A DNA stretch of 62,310 bases, counting the filler. It is 6 parts of 6 records of this genome, joined end to end, with 100 filler letters (N's around TTAATTAATTAA, not from the genome) between each part and the next. Parts side by side here need not be neighbours in the genome. Positions count along the whole stretch, not along the records: positions 1 to 27,143 come from SRR31156797_15225; positions 27,244 to 38,856 come from SRR31156797_15243; 4 more parts are not named here. The stretch is one strand, 5' to 3'. Made by a program: the position numbers and the translations under genes. Of this stretch, positions 20,009-29,404 are shown in pieces (within the stretch, counting starts at the first letter, position 1; every line of letters begins with the position of its first letter). Under the pieces are notes generated by a model. It saw only the letters and a list, made by a program, of their open reading frames with translations. It did no database searches and had not been told where the DNA came from.

Positions 20009-21622
20009 TTAATTTAGATTTGTACTCAGCGGTACAGTAAATTTAAATGTACTTCCTTTTTCCAGTTTGCTTTCCGCAGCAATAGTTCCCTTATTGATTT
20101 CAACAAACTCCTTACACAGCACAAGTCCAAGCCCGGTTCCCTTCTCATTCAGCGTTCCTGCTGTCGTAATGTTTGTATCCACCCTAAAAATCTTTTGCAA
20201 ATTATCTTTACTAATACCCACACCAGTATCTGTTACTGCCATTTCTATAAACGATCCTTTTGTTTTTCCGGAAACATTAATCACACTTCCTACTCTTGAA
20301 AATTTAATAGCATTGCTTATCAGGTTTCGTAAAACTGCGCTAAACAAATCTTTATCAGCCCAGGCAATTAAGTAATCATCAACATCAACGGAAATAACAA
20401 TATCTTTTTCTTCTGCATTTATCTTTAAAATTGAAACAATATTACTGGTCACAATTCTTACATCCATCTTTTCTGGTTTGTATTCCGTCGTTCCAAGCTG
20501 TGTCCTTGACCATTGAAGTAAGGTTTCAACCAATGAAAATAATTTTCGTGTTGAATTATGAATAGATCGGCTATAATTAACGATTTCCTTATAACTTTTA
20601 TTCTCTACTTGTAATGATAACACCTCTGAAAAACCCATAAGTGAATTGAATGGGCTTTTTAGATCATGCGCTATAATTGAAAAAAACTTGTCTTTTGTTG
20701 CATTAAGTTTCTCCAGCTCCTTGTTTTTCATTTTGAGTTTTCTACTCATCACCACTTTAGATCGGAATAAGATAAAAAACACCAATGCAAAAATACCTAA
20801 AAGCGACAAAGCAATAATATACACCCTGGTAGTGTGCTCCTCTTTTATTCCAATTGAAGCGATATTAATTGATTTATCATTTATATCAGCAAGCTGAGTA
20901 TTTTTGTTATAACTCTCCTCTCCTAAAAGATAACCCAATTGACTAATTACTACTGAATCTTTGAGGTCTGATACGTTGCACTTATACTTAAACGCTGCCT
21001 GATAATCACCTAAAGTACGATATAGTAGAACAAATACACCCAGACTCTTCATTTCTAAAACTGGTGCATTAATTTGTCTGGAAATATTCAATGCTTGTTG
21101 TGCATAAGATTTTGCTTCAGAATATCTATTAGTTTGAATACTTAGTTTAGATAAACCAAGTAAAGCCAATACTTTTATATCTCTATTATTTTGTAATTGG
21201 GTAGTATTTAGGACTGAATATAATAAGGACGAAGCATCATTATACTGATTTTGCTTCCGATAATATTCTGCTAATCCAATTCTTGCTTTTATAATACCCA
21301 GGGAATCATTTTGGGCTTCCTGATACGATTGAAATTTTTTTAAATACGACAAAGCAAAATTAAATTGCCCCTGCTCTAAATAAATATGCGCCATTTTATA
21401 ATGAATGATGGCCTTTCTGGAAGAATCACTTTCTTCCAACAATTGCTGCTGAAGTATTTCCAATGCCTTTTCCAATGCATTAATTTGACAATACAAATCT
21501 GCATTTCTAAGACTATCAATGGGTGCCACATTGTTATGTGATGGATTTGTTGACTGAGCATACGTTCCAGTATACCATACAAACAGCAACAGTAAAGTCA
21601 ATCCTTTGAAAACTTGATACAT
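20009..21622 (-). CDS. TPR-containing sensor histidine kinase
   Basis: Periplasmic TPR-like helices, one TM helix, AHDLKSP H-box, NLISNAIKF, DTGVG, GTGLGL. Confidence 0.9.
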   Translation of the reverse strand: MYQVFKGLTLLLLFVWYTGTYAQSTNPSHNNVAPIDSLRNADLYCQINALEKALEILQQQLLEESDSSRKAIIHYKMAHIYLEQGQFNFALSYLKKFQSYQEAQNDSLGIIKARIGLAEYYRKQNQYNDASSLLYSVLNTTQLQNNRDIKVLALLGLSKLSIQTNRYSEAKSYAQQALNISRQINAPVLEMKSLGVFVLLYRTLGDYQAAFKYKCNVSDLKDSVVISQLGYLLGEESYNKNTQLADINDKSINIASIGIKEEHTTRVYIIALSLLGIFALVFFILFRSKVVMSRKLKMKNKELEKLNATKDKFFSIIAHDLKSPFNSLMGFSEVLSLQVENKSYKEIVNYSRSIHNSTRKLFSLVETLLQWSRTQLGTTEYKPEKMDVRIVTSNIVSILKINAEEKDIVISVDVDDYLIAWADKDLFSAVLRNLISNAIKFSRVGSVINVSGKTKGSFIEMAVTDTGVGISKDNLQKIFRVDTNITTAGTLNEKGTGLGLVLCKEFVEINKGTIAAESKLEKGSTFKFTVPLSTNLN

Positions 21623-21745
21623 GTGTTTTTCTGATCTAGGCTAAGAATAGAGGTAAAGATAAAAAAAGGATTTAAATACAGAAACGAAATAATTTCATTT
21701 CAACATTACAATCCTTTGAGCCCTAGAAAATTATTTACAAAATTT

Positions 21746-22495
21746 TTATTCTATTCTTTTTACCTTTCCTATGCCACCAATATTGGATATCACTTTATCA
21801 GGATTACCACTATAATACAATACTCCTGCTCCGTTAATGTTTACTTTTAATTTATTCTCGACTTTAATCTTTGCATTACCTGCTCCATTCATTTCAATAA
21901 AAAAAGTATCTACGCTACATTCTTGTGAATTCAATTTCAGGGCACCAGCACTATGCAAAACCATTCGTTGAACTTCGCCCTCCAAATAAATCGATGATGC
22001 TCCCGGTAGTTCCCAATCTATTTGTGTACTTTTTATCTTTAGATTAACATCTGAAGCACCAGCTGAAACTATTGCTAAATTATTTACATTAATCTTATTT
22101 TTAGATTTAATTTCACAGTTCCCTTGTGTTTTGATATTTTCCAGATTTTTAAATTCTATATTAAGATCGATTGTCTGGCGATCTTTAATAACCATGTTCT
22201 CAGGAACGGAGATGTATAATGTTTGTTGATGAACTTCACTCAAAATATAATCTGAAAGATTACTACTGGAACTTACTGCCAGCTGATGTTGATTCCCCTG
22301 GTTTAGCTTAATCCTGAAATTCCCTTTAACTTCTATCTTATTAAATTCACTAAGCTCTCTGATTTATTCCTTTCTATTTTCATTCCCTTCAATGTAATGA
22401 TCCTTAATGTCACATGAAGTTGTCCATAGTAATGAAAAAACTAAAAGAGAATATTTCCAACTTTTCGAAAACAATATTTTAATGTAATGAGTCAT
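21746..22495 (-). pseudogene. GIN/DUF2807-type lipoprotein interrupted by an in-frame TAA
   Basis: ATG 22495 gives MTHYIKILFSKSWKYSLLVFSLLWTTSC (lipobox); TAA at codon 44 (22364-22366); same frame continues ELSEFNKIEVKGNF to GAS/GAG repeats and YSGNP. Confidence 0.7.
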
Positions 22496-22540
22496 TTTTA
22501 AATCTTGTGTAAGGTTTCCATAATTCAAAAATATCGCAAA

Positions 22541-23332
22541 CTATGAAACAGGGTAGTCGTTAGGGATTTTATCACAAATTACCCAGGATTCATCATCCAA
22601 CATCCAGTTTTCTAAAGCTAAGGCTTCTTCCTTAACCCTCTGTGAAAACTCATAAATCTCTAGTGTTGAGTAAGATTCAGGAACCCAGGTACAACAATTT
22701 AGCATCCAAGCTTGTAACTGTAATGGCTCTTCTTCAGAATTACTTAACTCAACTAACTGATCCTCCCTCATTACAGGAACTTCCCAACTATCAACAGACA
22801 ACATCCAAGGTTCTATTTGCAAAGCATATTCTTCCTCCACTGGTTTATTTAGTTTATCATTATCACCTAACCAGTTTTCATCATCTAACATCCAGGTTTC
22901 CAACTCTAACTCAGGTTCTGATTCATCTATAATAGCATCAGAACTCATTGCATTCTGGTTTAACCATGAATCAGGATCTGTCATCCAATCTTCAAGTGGT
23001 AAAGTTTCTTCTAAATGTTCTTCAACTGATAAAGTTGAAAGAGTACTTTCCGATGTCAGCCATTCTTTATCGTTTAACATCCAATCTTCTACTTCTAGCA
23101 CAGGTTCTTCAAGTACATCAACAAAATTATGAGTAGTTAAAAGGAGGTTTTCGTCTACATCAGCAAGAACAGGAATATTTCTGTTTACAACGTAATGCGA
23201 TGTATAGCTTGCTGCTTTATTGGAAACGGTAAGCGTTTTATATACACCAAAGATCAATACAACAAGAGAAATACTTATTAATAAAGTCATTGCTCCTAAA
23301 TGATAGTCGTGGTTTCTTACTTGTGTTTTCAT
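22541..23332 (-). CDS. Hypothetical single-TM acidic protein with six EExLxLExWMxxxxxW repeats
   Basis: N-terminal TM helix; six W-M-x5-W motifs spaced 29-34 aa apart. Confidence 0.8.
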   Translation of the reverse strand: MKTQVRNHDYHLGAMTLLISISLVVLIFGVYKTLTVSNKAASYTSHYVVNRNIPVLADVDENLLLTTHNFVDVLEEPVLEVEDWMLNDKEWLTSESTLSTLSVEEHLEETLPLEDWMTDPDSWLNQNAMSSDAIIDESEPELELETWMLDDENWLGDNDKLNKPVEEEYALQIEPWMLSVDSWEVPVMREDQLVELSNSEEEPLQLQAWMLNCCTWVPESYSTLEIYEFSQRVKEEALALENWMLDDESWVICDKIPNDYPVS

Positions 23333-23370
23333 GGTTCGATCCTCCTCTTATTAATTTCGATATTGGAAGA

Positions 23371-23385
23371 TCACTTATTGTACCA
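23371..23385 (-). promoter_or_regulatory. Possible sigma54-like promoter for the WM-repeat gene
   Basis: Minus strand TGGTACAATAAGTGA (GG-N10-GA), same geometry as the motif upstream of trxA. Confidence 0.4.
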
Positions 23386-23510
23386 AAAACCATATAACAC
23401 TATCCTACTGCACTTTACAAACCACTGCAGCAAAATATCCATTACATAATCTGAACGCTTCTGTACGAATATGCGTTCGATACCGCACATTAAAAAGATG
23501 AGTAGTAAAT

Positions 23511-25136
23511 TTATCGCTTTGGTAATGTAAAATAAAAGGTTGAGCCCTTGTTTAAATCTGATTTTACACCGACTCTGCCTCCTAGTATTTCGATATATGA
23601 TTTAACAATTGAAAGACCTAAACCTACACCCTGAGATACATATTCATTATCTAAACGAACCTGTTCAAATCGGTCGAATACAATTTTAATCTGATCGGAA
23701 GGTATACCAATTCCGGTATCCTTTACCCAGAATTCCAGTTCCTTTTTCTTTATTTTATAACCGAATTCCACATATCCTTTCAAGGTAAATTTAATGGCAT
23801 TTTTAATTATATTACTGATTATAGAATGAAACAAAGTTCTATCAGTACTAATAACACAACTGGCATTATGTTTATATACTAAATCAATACCGTTTGCTTT
23901 CGCTTCTGGCTTAAAGAAATCGTAATAATAACTAAGTTGTTTGTCTACGTCTACCGGTTCATATTTTGGTTGGATTTGCCCTGTTTCAACTTTCGAAATC
24001 TCAATAATATTATTGAGTGTGTTGAGCATTCTGTTACCACTTTCATATATAATATTAATATAGCCTCTCCTATCTTCTTCGTGCAGATCTGCCGTTTTCA
24101 GTAATTCGGTAAATCCCAAAATTCCATTCATAGGAGTTCTTATTTCGTGGCTCATGTTAGCGATAAATGCACTTTTTAGTCGGTCACTTTCTTCTGCCTT
24201 TTCTTTGGCTTCATTCAATTCTATCGTTCTTTCAAAAACCTTTCGGTGTAGCACAACAACCCACAACCATGATAAACCAAGTATTAGCAATGCAATGGCT
24301 CCAATGATCACCCAAGTTTGTAAACTTTTAAATAATACAACATTATCAGAAACAGCCACCCATCTTCTGTAGATATGCTTTTTTCTTGAGGATGATATAT
24401 TATCTAAAGCTTCATCTACCATTCGATATAATTCAGGATTGTTTTTAGATACGCCAATAGCCAAACGATTCATATAATCTAATCGATCTGCAATATGCAG
24501 ATTGGCAAATCCTTCTTTATCTATCATATATGTGGCATAAACCTGATGAACTATCATTGCATCAGCTTCCTGCAACGCAACTTTTTGTAAGCCTTTTAAT
24601 TGGTTTTCAACTTCTGTGAAATAAATATCAGGATATTGCTTTCTTAAAAAGTCATTTACTGCATAATTCTTAGGAGTTAAAACTCTTTTCTCCACCAAAT
24701 CATGGATACTGTTAATATTTGAATTAGTATGAGTTAAAACAATATATGGGAACTTTAAGAATGAGTTGGTAAAGTATAAATACTTGTTTCGGGAATCGGT
24801 TGGGGCAATACCTAAAATTATATAGTCATGACCTGTTTCTGCATATTTTATGAGTTTATCCCAACTATCAAAATATTTTCTATTAAATTCAAAACCTAGT
24901 TGCACTTCAATCTCTTCACAAAAATCTGGCAATAAACCTACATACTCTTGCTCTTCATTAAAAAAACCGTTGGGAGGGGAATCGTAGCTCCAAAGTACAT
25001 CTATTTTACCTTGGTAATTACTTAACCATAATTGCTGCTTTTCATCAAGTGAATTTTCTGAAACATTGCAAGCAAAACTCACCAATACAAGCATCAAAAC
25101 ACTTATCAGATATTTCTGTTTTCCTAAAAGACCCAT
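23511..25136 (-). CDS. Sensor histidine kinase with periplasmic substrate-binding (PBP family 3) domain
   Basis: N-terminal PBPb-like domain, TM helix, KSAFIANMSHEIRTPMNGI, NAIKFT, DTGIG, GVGLGL. Confidence 0.9.
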   Translation of the reverse strand: MGLLGKQKYLISVLMLVLVSFACNVSENSLDEKQQLWLSNYQGKIDVLWSYDSPPNGFFNEEQEYVGLLPDFCEEIEVQLGFEFNRKYFDSWDKLIKYAETGHDYIILGIAPTDSRNKYLYFTNSFLKFPYIVLTHTNSNINSIHDLVEKRVLTPKNYAVNDFLRKQYPDIYFTEVENQLKGLQKVALQEADAMIVHQVYATYMIDKEGFANLHIADRLDYMNRLAIGVSKNNPELYRMVDEALDNISSSRKKHIYRRWVAVSDNVVLFKSLQTWVIIGAIALLILGLSWLWVVVLHRKVFERTIELNEAKEKAEESDRLKSAFIANMSHEIRTPMNGILGFTELLKTADLHEEDRRGYINIIYESGNRMLNTLNNIIEISKVETGQIQPKYEPVDVDKQLSYYYDFFKPEAKANGIDLVYKHNASCVISTDRTLFHSIISNIIKNAIKFTLKGYVEFGYKIKKKELEFWVKDTGIGIPSDQIKIVFDRFEQVRLDNEYVSQGVGLGLSIVKSYIEILGGRVGVKSDLNKGSTFYFTLPKR

Positions 25137-25269
25137 TTAATAGATATAATAAGCTTGCTTCAAGCAAAAAGAAAGATATATGTAATTCCTATTATTACGT
25201 TAGCAAATAAAAAATAACCTAATAGCTACTAAATGTAGAATTAATAATTTAAATATTAAAAAAGGACTC

Positions 25270-25890
25270 TTAATCGAGTCCTTTATATTTTTGTTTTAAC
25301 TTGTTTAAATCCCGTGCCAATGTTTGTTCTCTTTCCAAAGCCCATTTTCGATGCTTATCAAACTCCTCCTGTTTCTCATTTAAGGCCTCTTTGGTTTTTA
25401 TTGTAATATGATTACTTCGCTTAAATAAAAACAGTACTATCGCCAATCCTGCAATTAATACCAGAATCAAAGTCCAAAGTATAGAATTATAAACTCCTTT
25501 AGTTAGTAGAATACCCATAAAGTTAAAGCTATCTCTTTCTTTAATGGCTCTATCCAACTCTTCTTTAATTTCTTTTTGACTGGATTTAAAAAGGTTAACT
25601 TCCTTCTGTTGATTCTGCACTTGTGTTTCTAAACTGCTAATAGAAGACTTAAGCGTTTTTATTGAATCGAGTGTATTACCTTTTATTTTGTATAAGGTAG
25701 GTCTCTTAATCATCTGATATTCATTCCATGCTTCCGTCTTTTTGATAAGAAAATCAAACTGACTATTCAAAGAACCTCCATCTAATCCGGATTTAGTTTG
25801 TGTACTTGCTTCATTTTGAGCAAATAATCCATTTTGCGCACTTACCATTAGTACGACTGCGACTAGGGTTGCTGATAAAAACTTTTTCAC
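25270..25890 (-). CDS. Hypothetical protein (signal peptide, coiled coil, TM helix)
   Basis: 206-aa ORF, GTG start, signal peptide, coiled-coil segments around one TM helix. Confidence 0.7.
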   Translation of the reverse strand: MKKFLSATLVAVVLMVSAQNGLFAQNEASTQTKSGLDGGSLNSQFDFLIKKTEAWNEYQMIKRPTLYKIKGNTLDSIKTLKSSISSLETQVQNQQKEVNLFKSSQKEIKEELDRAIKERDSFNFMGILLTKGVYNSILWTLILVLIAGLAIVLFLFKRSNHITIKTKEALNEKQEEFDKHRKWALEREQTLARDLNKLKQKYKGLD

Positions 25891-25995
25891 TGTATTTGCT
25901 TTTGTTGTGTTGTCAATATTATCTAAATATAACGCAAAAAAAATGAAAAAATTCGTTTTATCCTCGTCAAATTCTTCATCCGTTTAACATACAAC

Positions 25996-26025
25996 AAAAA
26001 AAGCTGTCCCAAAGGAACAGCTTTT
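25996..26025 (-). terminator. Intrinsic terminator after mdh
   Basis: aaaagctgt-cccaaagga-acagctttt, T-tract on minus strand. Confidence 0.75.
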
Positions 26026-26049
26026 AACAAATAGTAAAGATATATTAGC

Positions 26050-26976
26050 TTATTTTTTATCTAACACAGCCATTACCTCTAAAACATGCTCACGGCTTGT
26101 TTCAAGTAATGCTTTTTCTTCGTCATTTAGATCAAGCTCAATTACTTTTTCAACACCATTCTTACCTAAAATTACAGGCACTCCTAAATAACAATCGTTG
26201 ATACCGTACTCACCTTCAAGCTTAACACATACTGGGAATACTCTTCTTTGATCTTTCACAATAGCTTCAACCATTTGAGCAGCTGCAGAACCTGGAGCAT
26301 ACCAAGCTGAAGTTCCCATCAACTTAACTAATTCACCACCTCCAAATTTAGTTCTTTCAATAATGGCATTTAATTTTTCCTCATCAATTAATTCGGTTAC
26401 AGGAATACCTCCTACTGTTGTATAGCGAGGAAGTGGCACCATAGTATCACCATGACCACCCATTAATACAGCCTGAATATCTTTTGGAGAAACATTTAAT
26501 TCTTCAGCTAAAAATGCACGGTAACGTGCTGTATCAAGAATACCAGCCATTCCCATCACTCTTGCTCTTGGAAATTTAGAACTTAAGTGAGCCTGATAAG
26601 TCATTACATCCAATGGATTTGATACAATAATAATAATTGCCTCTGGAGAATGTTTAACAACGTTTTCGGTTACTGTTTTAACAATACCTGCATTGGTAGA
26701 AATAAGATCATCACGAGTCATTCCTGGTTTACGAGGTAAACCTGAAGTTATCACTACCACATCAGAGCCGGCTGTTTTTTCATAATCATTTGTAGAACCA
26801 ATTGTACGTGTATCATACAAATTGATAGGAGCTTTTTGCCAAATATCCAAGGCTTTTCCCTCTGCTACTCCTTCTTTAATGTCTAATAAAACGACTTCGT
26901 TGGCAATTTCGCGATAAGCCAACACATCTGCACAGGTAGCTCCAACGTTTCCTGCTCCAACTACGGTTACTTTCAT
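26050..26976 (-). CDS. mdh: Malate dehydrogenase (LDH-like)
   Basis: VVGAGNVG, GLPRKPGMTRDDL, VSNPLD, LDTAR, GGHGD. Confidence 0.95.
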   Translation of the reverse strand: MKVTVVGAGNVGATCADVLAYREIANEVVLLDIKEGVAEGKALDIWQKAPINLYDTRTIGSTNDYEKTAGSDVVVITSGLPRKPGMTRDDLISTNAGIVKTVTENVVKHSPEAIIIIVSNPLDVMTYQAHLSSKFPRARVMGMAGILDTARYRAFLAEELNVSPKDIQAVLMGGHGDTMVPLPRYTTVGGIPVTELIDEEKLNAIIERTKFGGGELVKLMGTSAWYAPGSAAAQMVEAIVKDQRRVFPVCVKLEGEYGINDCYLGVPVILGKNGVEKVIELDLNDEEKALLETSREHVLEVMAVLDKK

Positions 26977-27143
26977 AATTGTATTGCTTTAATTGTTGTT
27001 ATGTTTTGTTTTGAGAAATAATGACATTTCCGATATTAAAGTTGACAAATATAGAGAGTTGATTTTAATTAAAGATATTTTTCTTCATTAATTAACGAAT
27101 GTTTAACAACATCTTTCACTAGCCTCCGAAAGTTTTAGAGAAA

Positions 27144-27243
27144 NNNNNNNNNNNNNNNNNNNNNNNNNNNNNNNNNNNNNNNNNNNNTTAATTAATTAAN
27201 NNNNNNNNNNNNNNNNNNNNNNNNNNNNNNNNNNNNNNNNNNN
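27144..27243. other. Artificial contig spacer
   Basis: 44 N + TTAATTAATTAA + 44 N. Confidence 0.97.
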
Positions 27244-27244
27244 T

Positions 27245-27559
27245 ACAGTATTACCAAGTATTGGTAAATATGTAGGATTTTTTACAAAACTTTTATTTGG
27301 ATTTGGACTTGCATTTGAACTACCTGTAGTGACATTTTTCTTAGCAAAAATTGGACTAGTAGATGACAGAATGTTAAAAGATTTCTTTAAATATGCAATT
27401 GTATTAATTTTTATTGTATCAGCTTTATTAACTCCACCAGATGTATTAACACAATTTTTAATGGCAGGACCACTAATATTATTATATATTGTTTCAATTT
27501 TTGTTGCAAAAACATTTAATCCTGCTGAACCACTTGATAAAGATGAGGAAGAAGAGTAA
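27245..27559 (+). CDS. tatC: Twin-arginine translocase subunit TatC, 5'-truncated
   Basis: Open from contig edge: FGFGLAFELPVV...ALLTPPDVLTQFLMAGPLILLY. Confidence 0.9.
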   Translation, partial: TVLPSIGKYVGFFTKLLFGFGLAFELPVVTFFLAKIGLVDDRMLKDFFKYAIVLIFIVSALLTPPDVLTQFLMAGPLILLYIVSIFVAKTFNPAEPLDKDEEEE

Positions 27560-27560
27560 A

Positions 27561-28586
27561 ATGGAGCTTGACCCTCTAAAGACAACTAGCTATGATTATA
27601 CTTTACCAAAAGAACTCATAGCTACTCATCCTGTTCACCCAGCTGACAGTGCAAAACTTCTTGTTTACAATAGACAAACAGATGAAATAACTCATACCAC
27701 TTTTAAAAACCTTTTAGATTTTGTTCCAAAAGATGTATCAATTTTTTTAAATGATACAAAAGTTATCAAAGCAAGAATATTTGGCACAAAAGAATCAGGT
27801 GGGAAAGTAGAACTTCTATTTAATAAACCTTTATTTATGGATAGATACTTAGTTATGATTAGAGGAAAAGTTAAAGTTGGAACTAAACTATTCTTTGAAA
27901 AAGAGTTAAATGCAGAAGTTTTAGAAGTAAATGAAGATGGTAGTAGAGTAGTTAATTTTTTTAAGAATAATGAAAAACTTGATTTTCTTGCACTTGTTGA
28001 TATATTAAATGAGATTGGACACTTACCTTTACCTCCATATATGAATAGAGAAGATGAAGAAAAAGACAACCAAGATTATCAAACTTTATTTGCGAAAAAA
28101 TATGGAGCAGTTGCAGCTCCTACTGCATCTTTACACTTTACAGAAGAGTTACTTGAAAATATTAATAAAAACTTTCCAGTAAACTACTTAACACTTCATG
28201 TAGGAGCGGGAACATTTAAACCTGTAGATGTTGATGACATATTATCTCATCCTATGCATAGTGAATATTTTGAAATTGATGCAAAAGCAAAAAAAGCTTT
28301 AGATGAAGCAAATAAAATTTTAGCAGTTGGAACTACAGTTACTAGAACTGTTGAATACTATGCTAGAACAAATAAAATACAAGGTGAGTGCGACCTTTTT
28401 TTAAACCCAATTAACAAACCAATTAAAGTAGACCATTTATTAACAAATTTCCATCTGCCAAAATCTACTTTAATAATGTTAATTGCCTCTTTTATAGGTC
28501 TTGAAAAGACTTTAGAGGTTTATGAAGAAGCTATAAAAAACAAATATAGATTCTACTCTTATGGCGATGGAATGCTTATAATTTAA
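27561..28586 (+). CDS. queA: S-adenosylmethionine:tRNA ribosyltransferase-isomerase
   Basis: YDYTLPKELIA, NDTKVIKAR, PLPPY, GAVAAPTASLHF, TNFHLPKSTL, YRFYSYGDGM; ATG 27561 directly after tatC stop. Confidence 0.95.
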   Translation: MELDPLKTTSYDYTLPKELIATHPVHPADSAKLLVYNRQTDEITHTTFKNLLDFVPKDVSIFLNDTKVIKARIFGTKESGGKVELLFNKPLFMDRYLVMIRGKVKVGTKLFFEKELNAEVLEVNEDGSRVVNFFKNNEKLDFLALVDILNEIGHLPLPPYMNREDEEKDNQDYQTLFAKKYGAVAAPTASLHFTEELLENINKNFPVNYLTLHVGAGTFKPVDVDDILSHPMHSEYFEIDAKAKKALDEANKILAVGTTVTRTVEYYARTNKIQGECDLFLNPINKPIKVDHLLTNFHLPKSTLIMLIASFIGLEKTLEVYEEAIKNKYRFYSYGDGMLII

Positions 28587-28598
28587 AAGGAGAAATAA

Positions 28599-29336
28599 AT
28601 GCCATACTATGTACTATTTGATACAGAAACAACAGGGAACCAAGAGGAGGATAGAGTTATCCAATTTGGGGCAATGATTGTTGATCAAACTGGAAAAGTG
28701 GAAGCATACGATGAGTTTTGTTCTACAAATGTAGACATAAAACTTGAAGCTATGGAAGTACACAATATCACTCCTAATCTTATTGAGGGTAAACCAAAAG
28801 CAACTGAAACAGCATTTTATAAAAGACTTGAAGAGTTAAATACTAATGAAAACTATTTAATAGCTCACAACATAAGTTTTGATATGGGAATGATTGAAAA
28901 AGAGGGATTTATAAACTCTTATCAACTAATTGATACTTTAAGATGTGCAAAACATCTATTTCCCGAAATGCCTTATCACAGATTACAATATTTAAGATAC
29001 GCCCTAGAGCTTTACAAAACAGAAGAGAAAGAAGCAGCCAAACACAATATAACAATCAAAGCACACGATGCAATCGGTGATGTTTTAGTTATGAAGCTAT
29101 TTTTATCTAAACTTGTTACCAAATGTAGAGAGATTTACCCAGATTACAATCCTATGGAAAAACTTGCGGATTTAACAAAAACTCCAGTATTAATTAAAAC
29201 ATTTAGATTTGGAAAATATAAAAATAGAGATATTGCAGAAGTTGCACAAGAAGACCCTAGTTATCTTAATTGGATGAAGTCAAACCTTGAACTTGATGAA
29301 GATTTAAAATATACTTTGGATAAAGTTCTAAGTTAA
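28599..29336 (+). CDS. DEDDh 3'-5' exonuclease with ExoX-like C-terminal domain
   Basis: DTETTG, AHNISFD, IDTL, AHDAIGD, FGKYK motifs; SD AAGGAG. Confidence 0.88.
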   Translation: MPYYVLFDTETTGNQEEDRVIQFGAMIVDQTGKVEAYDEFCSTNVDIKLEAMEVHNITPNLIEGKPKATETAFYKRLEELNTNENYLIAHNISFDMGMIEKEGFINSYQLIDTLRCAKHLFPEMPYHRLQYLRYALELYKTEEKEAAKHNITIKAHDAIGDVLVMKLFLSKLVTKCREIYPDYNPMEKLADLTKTPVLIKTFRFGKYKNRDIAEVAQEDPSYLNWMKSNLELDEDLKYTLDKVLS

Positions 29337-29404
29337 TATAAAATTACATAAAAGTTTCATCAATATTATATTATAATATCGAAAATTAATATTGAGGAAC
29401 TGTT

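Noticed and set aside
22364-22366. Stop-codon recoding (Sec, Pyl or alternative code) at the internal TAA
   Set aside because: TAA is not a Sec or Pyl codon and other genes in the contig terminate at TAA normally
27188-27199. TTAATTAATTAA motif repeated five times
   Set aside because: Always centred in N runs; it is a synthetic linker, not a biological repeat
27196-27585. 129-aa minus-strand ORF
   Set aside because: Antisense shadow of tatC that runs into the N spacer
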